DNA of 64,000 nucleotides from a virus (taxonomy: Duplodnaviria; Caudoviricetes), in the IMG/VR virus record IMGVR_UViG_3300049792_000048, positions 131,775 to 195,774 of that record; one strand, written 5' to 3'. This document shows, piece by piece, positions 17,978 to 26,968 of the stretch (positions are counted from its first letter, which is position 1; each line of letters begins with the position of its first letter). The position numbers and the translations under genes are program-made. The notes under the pieces were generated by a model. The model was not told the DNA's origin and did no database searches. It saw nothing but the letters and a program-made list of their open reading frames with translations.

Positions 17978-18245
17978 CACCAAGTACCCGGAGTGCGAGA
18001 AGCTTCGGACGTCGAGGGACGACCTGCTGAAGCTACGGCAGTTCACGGAGTGGCTCGGAGAGAATGGCATCACGCTGTGCTCTCACGGGCCCACGCACTA
18101 CGCCTCGAAGGGCGGTGAGTACTACCAGATCACGGAGAACATCGAGACCGTCATCTTCAGGTTCCTTGGGGTCGATGCGAAGAAACTCGAAGACGAACGT
18201 CGGGCAATGCTCGAAGAAGCACAGGAGAAAGCAAATGCTCCGTAA
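17967..18245 (+). CDS. small phage protein
   Basis: YPECEKL...F.EWL...GVD..KLE.ERRAML. Confidence 0.7.
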   Translation: MSSNTKYPECEKLRTSRDDLLKLRQFTEWLGENGITLCSHGPTHYASKGGEYYQITENIETVIFRFLGVDAKKLEDERRAMLEEAQEKANAP

Positions 18246-18438
18246 GAAGATGTTGGAGCTCGCTCTCCGTGCGGTTCGGTCGACGCGTACTCAGTTGGCG
18301 GAGGTGGATCACAGCCTCAGTCAGCTCTCCTTCTGGCTGAAGGCACATGAGACTCTCCTGGCGATGGAGGAGCTCAACCAGCGGATGCGCAAGCACTGCA
18401 CGGTCGATGACTCCCACGGGCAGGAAGCGGTTGGGTGA
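18235..18438 (+). CDS. hypothetical protein
   Basis: AGGAG SD; followed by a terminator. Confidence 0.55.
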   Translation: MLRKKMLELALRAVRSTRTQLAEVDHSLSQLSFWLKAHETLLAMEELNQRMRKHCTVDDSHGQEAVG

Positions 18439-18465
18439 GAGGGGGCCTTCGGGCCCTCTCTTTTT
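18437..18465 (+). terminator. intrinsic terminator
   Basis: GAGAGGGGGCC-TTCG-GGCCCTCTC followed by TTTTT. Confidence 0.8.
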
Positions 18466-18487
18466 GCTATTTTTGCCCCGAAATCGC

Positions 18488-18507
18488 CTATAAATAAGGT
18501 AAAGGGG
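18488..18507 (+). promoter_or_regulatory. putative phage promoter motif
   Basis: CTATAAATAAGGTAAAGGGG; contains TATAAATA. Confidence 0.55.
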
Positions 18508-18513
18508 TACAAC

Positions 18514-18633
18514 ATGATCATCATCGTGTTCGGAGAGCTCATCGAAGCACTCCGCTTGGGCATCACCTACGGCCTCATCGTGTTCATGGTGGTAACCATG
18601 GGCTCGTGGTGGCTATCTAACAAAGACGACTGA
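18514..18633 (+). CDS. 39-aa membrane microprotein
   Basis: MIIIVFGELIEALRLGITYGLIVFMVVTMGSWW, hydrophobic. Confidence 0.55.
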   Translation: MIIIVFGELIEALRLGITYGLIVFMVVTMGSWWLSNKDD

Positions 18634-18645
18634 AGGAGAACAAAC

Positions 18646-19872
18646 ATGAAGCTGAACATCGTGCTGATGATGGTTCTGGTCGTTGGCTGTGGAGAGGGCA
18701 TGCCGGTTGTGTACACCGACAGCGGTGTGCTCCCCGGAGACGCCCAGCCCACGGCCGATGCTCAGGTGGAGGTTCCCGATGCGGGACAAGCGGATAGTGA
18801 AGTTGATGGCGGCCACGAAGTCCGACCGGACTCGGGGGCTGACACCGGCGGGTCGCCGGATGCAGGAGTTGATGATGGCGGTGTGGACGCCTCCTCCGGA
18901 ACTCCGGATAGCGGACCCTCGCCTTCAGACGCCGGAACTGACGCCGCAGTGGCGGTTAGGTCCGTGGTGGAACTCGGAGTGAACGGCAATACATCGTGTG
19001 TGCTTACCAGCACGAACGAGATGTGGTGCTGGGGCGGTGGTGCAGCGCTGCCGTCACACGTCGCTGATGCGGTCGCCCTCGAAGGCAACTGTGGCATCGG
19101 CCTTGACGGTCGTGTGCTGTGCTGGACGGCTGCGGGTGGTGTTACGTACGCCGTCGGGGCAGCCCCTTATGGCTCGGATGTCTCGGTGCTGGGTGTGCAG
19201 ACGTATGTCGGTCGTACGGATGGGTTGGTCCACCCGTTCAACCTGACGTCGCCTACGTACGCACCAGCCACAGCCATCGACAGCATGCCTGCGCTGAACT
19301 GCGCCATCGACATCGCCGGCGGCTTGCGCTGCTGGGACCGTGTTGGTACCTACAGGAACTTCTGGACGGCGGTAGATGGTACTGCGACCTACGACGCAAC
19401 GGACGTCGCACGGACCGGCACCTTCAACTCGAACGACTTCGTGGCGTGCTTCACCTGGACGGGCACCATGCCGAGCTCGGGTAGCACCACGATCTCTGGT
19501 CCCTCGGTCTCGTGCTCGAATGCGGTGGCGTCCATCCTGACGACGTCATGGACGGGTGCAACTGAGGTCGACATCGATGGTGGACGTACGTGCGTCCTCC
19601 TCCCCACATCGACCTCCGGTCATCCCGCGGGCATCTACTGCTCATCCTCTACGCCGTCGACCTTCACGGGTCCGGCGACGTTCAATGCACTGCCGGCGGC
19701 TGATGTCGTGGGCGCCTACACCAACATTGTTGGTAGCAGCCTCCAGCTTGGAATCAACCATGCCTGTCTCGTACAGGCGGGCGTTGTGATGTGCTGGGGT
19801 GACAACTCGCAGGGTCAGCTCGGCAACGGGACGACCACTTCAACATCGACTCCCACGCCCATGGTGTGGTGA
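18646..19872 (+). CDS. lipoprotein with DAG/DSG acidic linker and RCC1-like repeats
   Basis: Lipobox VVGC; repeated DAG/DSG/DGG; TSCVL...WCWG and HACL...CWGDNSQGQLGNG. Confidence 0.85.
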   Translation: MKLNIVLMMVLVVGCGEGMPVVYTDSGVLPGDAQPTADAQVEVPDAGQADSEVDGGHEVRPDSGADTGGSPDAGVDDGGVDASSGTPDSGPSPSDAGTDAAVAVRSVVELGVNGNTSCVLTSTNEMWCWGGGAALPSHVADAVALEGNCGIGLDGRVLCWTAAGGVTYAVGAAPYGSDVSVLGVQTYVGRTDGLVHPFNLTSPTYAPATAIDSMPALNCAIDIAGGLRCWDRVGTYRNFWTAVDGTATYDATDVARTGTFNSNDFVACFTWTGTMPSSGSTTISGPSVSCSNAVASILTTSWTGATEVDIDGGRTCVLLPTSTSGHPAGIYCSSSTPSTFTGPATFNALPAADVVGAYTNIVGSSLQLGINHACLVQAGVVMCWGDNSQGQLGNGTTTSTSTPTPMVW

Positions 19873-19874
19873 GC

Positions 19875-19905
19875 AGCACGGGGCCCTTCGGGGTCCCTTG
19901 CTTTT
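19875..19905 (+). terminator. intrinsic terminator
   Basis: GGGGCCC-TTCG-GGGTCCC followed by TTGCTTTT. Confidence 0.7.
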
Positions 19906-19908
19906 GCC

Positions 19909-19927
19909 CTATCAACAAGATGAAGGA
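19909..19927 (+). promoter_or_regulatory. putative phage promoter motif plus SD
   Basis: CTATCAACAAGATGAAGGA. Confidence 0.55.
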
Positions 19928-19937
19928 CAGGTTTCAC

Positions 19938-20255
19938 ATGGATACGAACTTGCCGAACTACAAGAAGAACGACCCCAAGGGGTGGTGCGGCGATCCCAAA
20001 CGAGGAGCAGCTCTGGGTCGCAGCTCGATTCACGATGTCGCTTCCGATTTCTCAGGTGACGTCTTCTTGAGTGAGTCAAAGATCGATGAGGAGGGTTACG
20101 ACCAGCTCGGCACCTACTTCGGGGTTGGTCTTCCTCTCTACTGGGCTGCGACAGTCGATAGCAGCATCGACTTCATGCTCCGTGCGTTCAGCGTCGAGGA
20201 TGCCGAGATGAAGGTGAAGAAGCGTTACCCGAGCGCAAGGATTGTTCGGGCATGA
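19938..20255 (+). CDS. small phage protein (GYD.LG.YFG.G.PLY family)
   Basis: Motif EGYDQLGTYFGVGLPLYW. Confidence 0.7.
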   Translation: MDTNLPNYKKNDPKGWCGDPKRGAALGRSSIHDVASDFSGDVFLSESKIDEEGYDQLGTYFGVGLPLYWAATVDSSIDFMLRAFSVEDAEMKVKKRYPSARIVRA

Positions 20256-20452
20256 GTCCTGACTACACGACTGCTATCGAGCCTCTGCCTCCGCGCTGGG
20301 TGCGGAGAGGCCGAGAGTACTTCTTCATCGTTCTCTTCTTCTGGTTTGGCGAGATCATCGTGTGGTTGCTGTCGTTACCACCTTCGCCGCCAGTTCCAGA
20401 GCTTCACATCGATCCGGAGACCCAAGCCTTACAGGAGATGGAATGCAGATGA
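20252..20452 (+). CDS. small membrane protein
   Basis: One hydrophobic segment; ATGA overlap. Confidence 0.55.
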   Translation: MSPDYTTAIEPLPPRWVRRGREYFFIVLFFWFGEIIVWLLSLPPSPPVPELHIDPETQALQEMECR

Positions 20453-20811
20453 GGGAAGCAGTCGAGAAGGTCGTCAAGAAGCACTTCCTCGACCAGATGG
20501 ATGAACGGATGATCAAGTTGCGCAACTGCGCCAACTACGACTTGCACTTCGGTCCTCACAACGCTGAGTACTACCGGGACTCCGCAGAGCTGGAGGATTG
20601 GCCTGGGTATGTTACAGCCACCGATCAGCTCGAAGAGTGGGCTCAAGATAAGATGCAGACGGTGTGGGTGGACATCCAGACGATGGAGGTCTTCACAACG
20701 GAGCCCGAGGAAACTGAGTTCAGTGACGAGGACATCTACAAGTTCGACCGTAGAGATCTCGGTAAGATCGTGTTCGGCAAGCTGGTCACGGATGGAGGAA
20801 TGTCGGTATGA
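20443..20811 (+). CDS. acidic hypothetical protein
   Basis: AGGAG SD; coupled to its neighbours. Confidence 0.65.
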   Translation: MQMREAVEKVVKKHFLDQMDERMIKLRNCANYDLHFGPHNAEYYRDSAELEDWPGYVTATDQLEEWAQDKMQTVWVDIQTMEVFTTEPEETEFSDEDIYKFDRRDLGKIVFGKLVTDGGMSV

Positions 20812-21218
20812 GGATCTGGAATAAGAAGATGAGGTTCCCGAAGCCCGAGGAGAACTTCACGTACACCGAGGAAGAGGCCGACGAGATCGAGCAGGCGAAG
20901 CTGCACATGCAGAACTGCACGGACGCGCGGCGTAGCGCCAATAGGGCGTGGAAGATGTGGCTCAACACCACCACGGTGATGCCTCTCCCTCCGATTCAGG
21001 TCGCCTCGAAGGTGGCACAGGTCAAGCATCTGCGTGCACAGACACGACGTCTCTTGCACGACTCGTACGTCCGCTACTACGACGCCGTTATCCCACACCG
21101 TCTGCGTTTGCAGCGGATCGGCAAGGTGGTGGGTGTCTATATCAAAGACCGACTCAGTGAAGAGTCCTTCGTGGAGAAGATTCTTCCAGTTGTGTCCGTG
21201 ACGGAGACCTCCAAGTGA
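20808..21218 (+). CDS. hypothetical protein
   Basis: GGAGG SD; ATGA overlap. Confidence 0.65.
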   Translation: MRIWNKKMRFPKPEENFTYTEEEADEIEQAKLHMQNCTDARRSANRAWKMWLNTTTVMPLPPIQVASKVAQVKHLRAQTRRLLHDSYVRYYDAVIPHRLRLQRIGKVVGVYIKDRLSEESFVEKILPVVSVTETSK

Positions 21219-21646
21219 AGAACGGGATCGTCACCAACGGTCGAACCACCACCTACTACGGTAACGCTGCAAATCGGGCGATGGCGCAGATGTCGTTGCA
21301 GTACGCAGCTTCACAGGAGGAGGTCGACGAGAAGATCCTCAAGGCCGTGGGCGCTTACCAGTTGGCGCTGGTCGAGGTAGCTCCTTTGCTCAACTTCAAG
21401 GTCAGCAAGGAACTCCTGGCCCAAGTCGAGAAGAAGCAGGCCGAGTATGCGAAGGAGCAAGAGGACCTTCGCATCAACAATCTCAAGAAGAAGTTCCTCA
21501 CCAAGCCAGTGAAGGTGGCGAAGCGATTGCTCTCGAAGAACTGCGAGCTCTGTAAGCAGCCGATCGCTCCTCTTCAGGGCTACCGCGATCTCTCTTCAAT
21601 CAAGGCGCACTCTGCGTGTGTCGACAACCCGAGGACTGGAACATGA
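21215..21646 (+). CDS. hypothetical protein with C-terminal CxxC...HxxC
   Basis: CELC...HSAC. Confidence 0.65.
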   Translation: MKNGIVTNGRTTTYYGNAANRAMAQMSLQYAASQEEVDEKILKAVGAYQLALVEVAPLLNFKVSKELLAQVEKKQAEYAKEQEDLRINNLKKKFLTKPVKVAKRLLSKNCELCKQPIAPLQGYRDLSSIKAHSACVDNPRTGT

Positions 21647-22236
21647 ACATCACACAGATCACGATGCCACAGGACAAAGCCCGCAGGGCCTTCCTCGACT
21701 ACAAGCACGCCGTGGATGCCCGGCACAACGACGAGGACATCGCCATCATGAAGGGCTACAAGGCCCTCGCTGAGGGTTCCGCTCTCATCGATCTCCGCAG
21801 CGCCTTCCGGGTCGCTGGTGTGGAGAAGGGGCTTCCTAAGATCGCGGTGTGCCGTGCCGACTTCACGTGGTGTTGGTTCAGCTTTCGAGAAGCTACGCGC
21901 GCTCAGTTCATCGGGACTCATGACACTTCTCGGAATGCCGGCATGAACTTGAAGGCGCATCGCTACAACTCGGTGTGTTTGCCCGAGGGGGTGTTGACCC
22001 GTCCAGACAACGCATGGCCTCGTGCTCGTGCTCTTCTACCGAGCGTGCCTCCGCAGTTCCGGCCGAAGCATCATCTTCGCAACTACCACATCCTGTGGGA
22101 GGCGGAGTGGCAGCCCATCCCTCCGACTGATCCACTGCTCCTGAAGCACCTGGGAGGAACCCTCTACGTCGTGCTTGCGCAGTGGGATCTCACCGAGCTC
22201 GAACGCGCCGTGCTGGCAAACAGGATGTCCACGTGA
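21643..22236 (+). CDS. phage hypothetical protein
   Basis: PPQFRP...YHILWEAEW...DPLLLK...WDLTELERAVL. Confidence 0.75.
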   Translation: MNITQITMPQDKARRAFLDYKHAVDARHNDEDIAIMKGYKALAEGSALIDLRSAFRVAGVEKGLPKIAVCRADFTWCWFSFREATRAQFIGTHDTSRNAGMNLKAHRYNSVCLPEGVLTRPDNAWPRARALLPSVPPQFRPKHHLRNYHILWEAEWQPIPPTDPLLLKHLGGTLYVVLAQWDLTELERAVLANRMST

Positions 22237-22490
22237 GGGGTTCGGCCCCGCTCCTCAAGGAGAGCGTCAAAGTCCACACGGTGACAACCGCAACCTTCGA
22301 CTCGGAGCTGAAGCTCACCAACAAGCATCTCATCGCGCTGCTTCGTTATGCAGGGTACGAGGTCTCGGACGACGCGAAGTTCCAGGTTGCTGGTGCCACC
22401 GACAGCTACGGGGCTGCTGTCCTCGTCGACGATGAGGTCACGCTCGATGTTACTTGGAAGACTGTGCATAAGACGGAGAGGGAAGAGTGA
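22233..22490 (+). CDS. hypothetical protein
   Basis: Overlap-coupled ORF. Confidence 0.55.
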   Translation: MRGSAPLLKESVKVHTVTTATFDSELKLTNKHLIALLRYAGYEVSDDAKFQVAGATDSYGAAVLVDDEVTLDVTWKTVHKTEREE

Positions 22491-22711
22491 CGGACCGTGT
22501 GCGGACCCTGGTGGTTGTCCTCGATGATGACTACCGGGTAGGTACTGGCGAGTACTTGGAGAACATCAAGACGAGCTTGCTCATGACCCGTGGTGTCAGC
22601 AGGGTCGAGGATGGAGAGGTCGTCACCAGTGCCGACCACGTCAACAGAAGCATCGCTCGCAGTGAGCTGCTGATAGATCTCATCGAGTTCGCGAAGAAGT
22701 GGAGACGTTGA
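22487..22711 (+). CDS. small phage protein
   Basis: MTDRV..LVVVLD.DYR. Confidence 0.65.
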   Translation: MTDRVRTLVVVLDDDYRVGTGEYLENIKTSLLMTRGVSRVEDGEVVTSADHVNRSIARSELLIDLIEFAKKWRR

Positions 22712-23040
22712 TGTCCGAGACGATCAGCATCGAGCACGTGAAGAGGGCGACGGACAAGCGTGGCGGTTACTTGGTGCACCTCTGTCGTACCAAGGTCACC
22801 GGTCGGATGGGAGCTTCCCGTTGGGTGGATGTTCGCATCCTGAACGGCAAGTTCGAGAAGTGGAACAGCCGGTGGTCCAAGGACTTGGAGGCGAAGGTCC
22901 TGACTCAAGTGCTCTCCTTCATCGAGCTGAAGGCAGCCGAGCTTGCCAAGGAAGATGATCGCGGCAGGCCGGTGGAGGTGCACTACCGTCCGCCGGCGAG
23001 GAACGCACGCGATCTGCTTCGCGACATCGAGGCGGAGTAG
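22711..23040 (+). CDS. hypothetical protein
   Basis: TGATG overlap. Confidence 0.6.
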   Translation: MSETISIEHVKRATDKRGGYLVHLCRTKVTGRMGASRWVDVRILNGKFEKWNSRWSKDLEAKVLTQVLSFIELKAAELAKEDDRGRPVEVHYRPPARNARDLLRDIEAE

Positions 23041-23063
23041 ACTCGAATCAGTGCGGAAAACAC

Positions 23064-23086
23064 CTATCAGAGAGATGAAGAAGGAG
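23064..23086 (+). promoter_or_regulatory. putative phage promoter motif plus SD
   Basis: CTATCAGAGAGATGAAGAAGGAG. Confidence 0.6.
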
Positions 23087-23092
23087 AACTCA

Positions 23093-23815
23093 ATGACCTA
23101 CGTCCCTCGCGCTCTGCTCCTGCTCCCCGCTCGTCGAATCTCCATGGGGTCCTCGGAGCAGGACATCTACGGGATGATCGACTTCGATAAGAACATGCAT
23201 GGTGGGTTCTTCGACCGTCTGCGCAGCCTCATGAAGATCTCGACGAGCGTCGTGAAGGCTCTCGGTGAGAAGGAGGACCCCTTCGACATGCCCGCCGACC
23301 GTGGGACGTGGGTTCTTCCCGGCGCTCACAGCCTCTCGGTCGCCTCGGGCTACTGCGACTACATCCTCTCGGAAGAGCCTCTGCGGAAGGACAAGCTGTT
23401 GCCCAACCAGGAGTCGTTGAACGACCTGTTCGATGGCACCGTGAATCAGCTCACCGGAAAGACGAACATCGAGGAGGCTCTCCAGGAGGAGGACCCCGTA
23501 GTCATCGATTTCTCGCGGTGGCATCAGGAGCTCGTAGACGAGTCGGTGTTTCACGGGAGTGCGGAGGAGCTCTGGAAGCTGCTCGAAGGCAACACGCTTC
23601 GCAGCGAGGTCGATCGCATCACCGTCGCAATGGGAGGGCCCTTTGAGGTGAAGCGTGGAGTGCCTCTCACATGGATTCGTCCTGAAGAGAAGTTCTCGTT
23701 CTACTTCGAGGCCTTCGCCAAGCACCACGATGGCGAGTGGTACGAGACGGTGGAGCAATCGATGCAGGCTCTCCTCGGGGCCGTCGAAGACACCATCGCG
23801 TCCCTGAACCGCTGA
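23093..23815 (+). CDS. acidic hypothetical protein
   Basis: AAGGAG SD; followed by a long hairpin. Confidence 0.7.
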   Translation: MTYVPRALLLLPARRISMGSSEQDIYGMIDFDKNMHGGFFDRLRSLMKISTSVVKALGEKEDPFDMPADRGTWVLPGAHSLSVASGYCDYILSEEPLRKDKLLPNQESLNDLFDGTVNQLTGKTNIEEALQEEDPVVIDFSRWHQELVDESVFHGSAEELWKLLEGNTLRSEVDRITVAMGGPFEVKRGVPLTWIRPEEKFSFYFEAFAKHHDGEWYETVEQSMQALLGAVEDTIASLNR

Positions 23816-23826
23816 TAAGGACGAAC

Positions 23827-23876
23827 AGGCGCGGTAGGTCTGGCACTCAGTGCTGGGTCTGCCGCGCCTTTCTGTT
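23827..23876 (+). terminator. long hairpin / terminator
   Basis: AGGCGCGGTAGGTCTGGCAC-TCA-GTGCTGGGTCTGCCGCGCCT followed by TTCTGTT. Confidence 0.6.
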
Positions 23877-23885
23877 GGAGAAGAT

Positions 23886-24068
23886 ATGTTTCACTTGAAC
23901 GACATGATGTCAGCGGTGCTGGCGGGATTCGATGTCGCGAACATCGAGTCGACAAAGTATGGGCAGGACCGCCCCTGGAAAGTCCTGGAGTTGAAGCGTG
24001 ACGAGTTCGTCGTGCTTCACATGCCTTCGGGCAGCAAGTTCCGCGTGAAAATGAAGGAGGAGCTCTGA
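23886..24068 (+). CDS. small hypothetical protein
   Basis: GGAG SD; TGATG overlap with ndk. Confidence 0.55.
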   Translation: MFHLNDMMSAVLAGFDVANIESTKYGQDRPWKVLELKRDEFVVLHMPSGSKFRVKMKEEL

Positions 24069-24745
24069 TGTTCTACTGCAATGCGTGCCAAATCGAAAAC
24101 AAGTACCCGACCTCTCTCATGCAGAGCTACGGGAAGTGCGAGTTGTGCGAAACCACAGCGAACTGTCATGACGTTCCGAGCTCCTACTTGCCATCTCCAC
24201 CCAAGACCGAGAAGTCCAGGCTGCATTTCCTGAACGGCGGACGGCTGGAGTATACCCTCGCACTCATCAAGCCGGATGCAGTCAAGGCGAACCATGTGGG
24301 AGCAATCATCCACATGATCGAAGACAGCTTCATCATCGGGGACATGCTGAGCTCGCGGTGGGACCCCGCAGATGTCGCAGAGTTCTACGGAGAGCATGCG
24401 GGGAAGCAGTTCTACTGGGACCTCGTCAAGTTCATGTCCAGTGAGAGGATCATCGCCCTCACTCTTATCGCTCCTAATGCTGTGGAGAAGTGGAGACAGA
24501 TGATGGGCCCCACAGATCCGAAGTCGGCGAAGGAGCCCACCATCCGTGCTCGGTTCTCGGCGATGGACGGCATCATGATGCACAATGCAGTGCACGGCAG
24601 CGACAGCGATGTCAGTGCCAACAGGGAGGTCAACTTCGTCCGCAGCACGCTGCGGGTGGCTCCACGCTTCGGAGAAGAGGCTTACCGCCTCATCGAGAAG
24701 TACAAGGGTCTGGCATGGACTCAACAAGGACTTCAGCCGGTATGA
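24068..24745 (+). CDS. ndk: nucleoside diphosphate kinase with N-terminal Cys-rich extension
   Basis: TLALIKPDAV, FYGEHAGKQF, MGPTDP, TIRA, HNAVHGSDS...ANRE. Confidence 0.92.
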   Translation: MFYCNACQIENKYPTSLMQSYGKCELCETTANCHDVPSSYLPSPPKTEKSRLHFLNGGRLEYTLALIKPDAVKANHVGAIIHMIEDSFIIGDMLSSRWDPADVAEFYGEHAGKQFYWDLVKFMSSERIIALTLIAPNAVEKWRQMMGPTDPKSAKEPTIRARFSAMDGIMMHNAVHGSDSDVSANREVNFVRSTLRVAPRFGEEAYRLIEKYKGLAWTQQGLQPV

Positions 24746-25320
24746 CTACCTGGAAGCGGATCTATCCGGATTTCGCAGTCGAGTTCACGCACGCACCGCC
24801 CAAGGTGATCTGCGACGCCGAGATCGTCCCGCTTCTGCGCCAAGGGTGGGACCTAGCAGCGGCCACAGAAGGCTTGATGAACAATCCCGAGGTCAAGCTC
24901 GCAAAGATGGTCGAGGATGACCCGGAGGGTGTCCTCCTCGATGTTGGTGGGATCATGTGGTCTGGGCGTCACGAGTACGACTTCGTGCTCGATGGTCTGA
25001 AGGTGAAGATCCCAGCTATCGATGTTGGGGTCTTCCTGAATATGGCGGAGACCGCCAAGAGTGAAGTTCTCTCCGGACACCTTCCCACCACCGAGTATGT
25101 GTCACGCGAGGTCTATCGCATCCACACCTTCATGGATTGGCGGCTGCTCCTTTCACCCAAGAACCGCTTGGCGCTGTTCATGGAGTTGAAGAAGATCGAG
25201 AAAGAAGCTGCCGCAATCGCCACCGTAGAGAACGATCGCTTCAACAAGGACCTCGTCGACAAGCCTCACCCGAATGTGCGGGCAAGGCGACGACCTGTCG
25301 GTCCCATCGGCAAAGGCTGA
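24742..25320 (+). CDS. hypothetical protein
   Basis: ATGA overlap; 192 aa. Confidence 0.65.
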   Translation: MTTWKRIYPDFAVEFTHAPPKVICDAEIVPLLRQGWDLAAATEGLMNNPEVKLAKMVEDDPEGVLLDVGGIMWSGRHEYDFVLDGLKVKIPAIDVGVFLNMAETAKSEVLSGHLPTTEYVSREVYRIHTFMDWRLLLSPKNRLALFMELKKIEKEAAAIATVENDRFNKDLVDKPHPNVRARRRPVGPIGKG

Positions 25321-25328
25321 GGAACAAC

Positions 25329-25682
25329 ATGAACACGAACAAGAAAAAGACGAAGCAGGAGAGGCTTGCTGATGCCTCGGTCATGCTCTTTGCAAAGACG
25401 ATGGCTTCCATCAACCTGACTGGTGGCGCAGACCCCATCATCACTAGCAAAGGCAAGAGGTCGGAGGAGAAGCAGAAAGTCGTCATGCAGAAGGACGACT
25501 GGGTCCGCGTGAAGAATGGCCGTTACCTCGATGGCGCCGAGGGCAAGGTCGTCAAGACCGAGAAGGTCGGCCTCATCACGATCGTCACGGTCAGGCAGCT
25601 CAACGGCAACGAGCTGCGTCTTCCACGCTCCCACTTCGAGTTCGCGGCGTACACCAAGCCGAACGACCTCGATCAAGGATGA
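25329..25682 (+). CDS. KOW/SH3-like small protein
   Basis: DWVRVKNGRYLDGAEGKVV is KOW-like. Confidence 0.55.
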   Translation: MNTNKKKTKQERLADASVMLFAKTMASINLTGGADPIITSKGKRSEEKQKVVMQKDDWVRVKNGRYLDGAEGKVVKTEKVGLITIVTVRQLNGNELRLPRSHFEFAAYTKPNDLDQG

Positions 25683-26068
25683 GGATCATCATCGCCGGCA
25701 GCAGAGCGTTCACGTTCTTGGACTACTCCTTGGTCGAGAACGCCTGCTTGAGTTCCGGCTACTGGTTCACCACTGTGCTCTCAGGGCAGGCGGAGGGAGT
25801 CGACAAGCTTGGCGAAGAGTTCGCTCGTCGCATGAGCATTCCGGTCGATCCCTTCCCTGCTGACTGGGCGAAGTACGGAAATGGGGCAGGAATCAAACGG
25901 AACTTGGAGATGGTGAAGAAGGCACAAGCCCTCGTCGCCATATGGGACGGTCGAAGCCCCGGAACGCAGCATGTCATCTCGGCTGCGCGAGCAGCAGGTC
26001 TTCTGGTACATGTACGTCGTGCTGACCCGACACCGTCCATGCCGACGGTGACGTACCGAGGACATTGA
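25679..26068 (+). CDS. SLOG-superfamily (YspA/DUF2493-like) protein
   Basis: IIIAGSR, LSGQAEGVD, FPADW, GAGIKRN.EM, WDGRSPGT. Confidence 0.9.
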   Translation: MRIIIAGSRAFTFLDYSLVENACLSSGYWFTTVLSGQAEGVDKLGEEFARRMSIPVDPFPADWAKYGNGAGIKRNLEMVKKAQALVAIWDGRSPGTQHVISAARAAGLLVHVRRADPTPSMPTVTYRGH

Positions 26069-26069
26069 G

Positions 26070-26483
26070 ATGACCAGACATGAACAGAAGAATCGCGACA
26101 AATACGTCTTCAAGGTTCCCCAGACCATGGCCGAGGCGAAGAACCGCCTCGATGACGCAACCATGGGTGTGCTGAACGTCGAGAAGCAGCTGGGGGATCC
26201 ACGGCGTTCTGAAGAGATGGGGGAGCATGATTACGGGCGGTGGAGGGAGTCGGCGAAGTCGTCGAGGATCTTCATGATCATCGAGCAGCGCACGCTCAAG
26301 GAGTGGATCCGAGAGCGCCGCCAGCAGCTCGACGCGAAGAAGGCCGACATCTTCCCATATGACGATCCCAAGGCCATGCTTCATCGTTGCATCATCGAGG
26401 GTGCCAAGTTCATCAAGGGCGAGGAGAACCAGCTCGAACAGGTTCTTGCGTACGCAAAGGAATACCTCACGCACAAGGCGTGA
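26070..26483 (+). CDS. hypothetical protein
   Basis: 137-aa helical ORF. Confidence 0.65.
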   Translation: MTRHEQKNRDKYVFKVPQTMAEAKNRLDDATMGVLNVEKQLGDPRRSEEMGEHDYGRWRESAKSSRIFMIIEQRTLKEWIRERRQQLDAKKADIFPYDDPKAMLHRCIIEGAKFIKGEENQLEQVLAYAKEYLTHKA

Positions 26484-26489
26484 TTTCCG

Positions 26490-26496
26490 CTATCAG
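26490..26496 (+). promoter_or_regulatory. putative phage promoter motif, 7 nt before ATG (leaderless-like)
   Basis: CTATCAG-AACTACG-ATG. Confidence 0.45.
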
Positions 26497-26503
26497 AACT
26501 ACG

Positions 26504-26968
26504 ATGAGACACGTAGACCTCCTCCTCCCGCACCCTGAACCGGTCGTGGTCCTGATGGCACCGCGTATGCGGAACACGGGACGCGACTACGATCTCTTGG
26601 AGTACTTCATCTTCGACCTCCGGGCTCTTGGTCGTCCTGTGACCTTTCGGGTTAGCGGGATGATCACGGGTCCGGAGGAGTTCGTGGAGACACTCGCACC
26701 TCAGTATGGTCATCGCGTCGAGGTATACGGCCCCGGACCCGAAGAGCCTGCTGACCGTGTCCACCGCCTGAACAAGAGCGACGACCGCGAGAGGGACGTT
26801 ACCTGCCTGCTCGGAGCTCATGCCCTGTGGGTGTGGTCACTGACTTCACAGCTCGACCCCAGCAGCACACTCCTCGACTACGAGGTCATCACGGTGGCTC
26901 AGGACCTTCAGGTCCCTGTGTTGCTGTTCACGCCTGAATCCGAGAACTACGACATCCTGGAGATCTGA
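26504..26968 (+). CDS. hypothetical protein
   Basis: TGATG overlap with the next gene. Confidence 0.65.
   Translation: MRHVDLLLPHPEPVVVLMAPRMRNTGRDYDLLEYFIFDLRALGRPVTFRVSGMITGPEEFVETLAPQYGHRVEVYGPGPEEPADRVHRLNKSDDRERDVTCLLGAHALWVWSLTSQLDPSSTLLDYEVITVAQDLQVPVLLFTPESENYDILEI

Noticed and set aside
18613-18625. Extra promoter copy CTATCTAACAAAG
   Set aside because: It deviates from the consensus and lies within the 39-aa membrane ORF.
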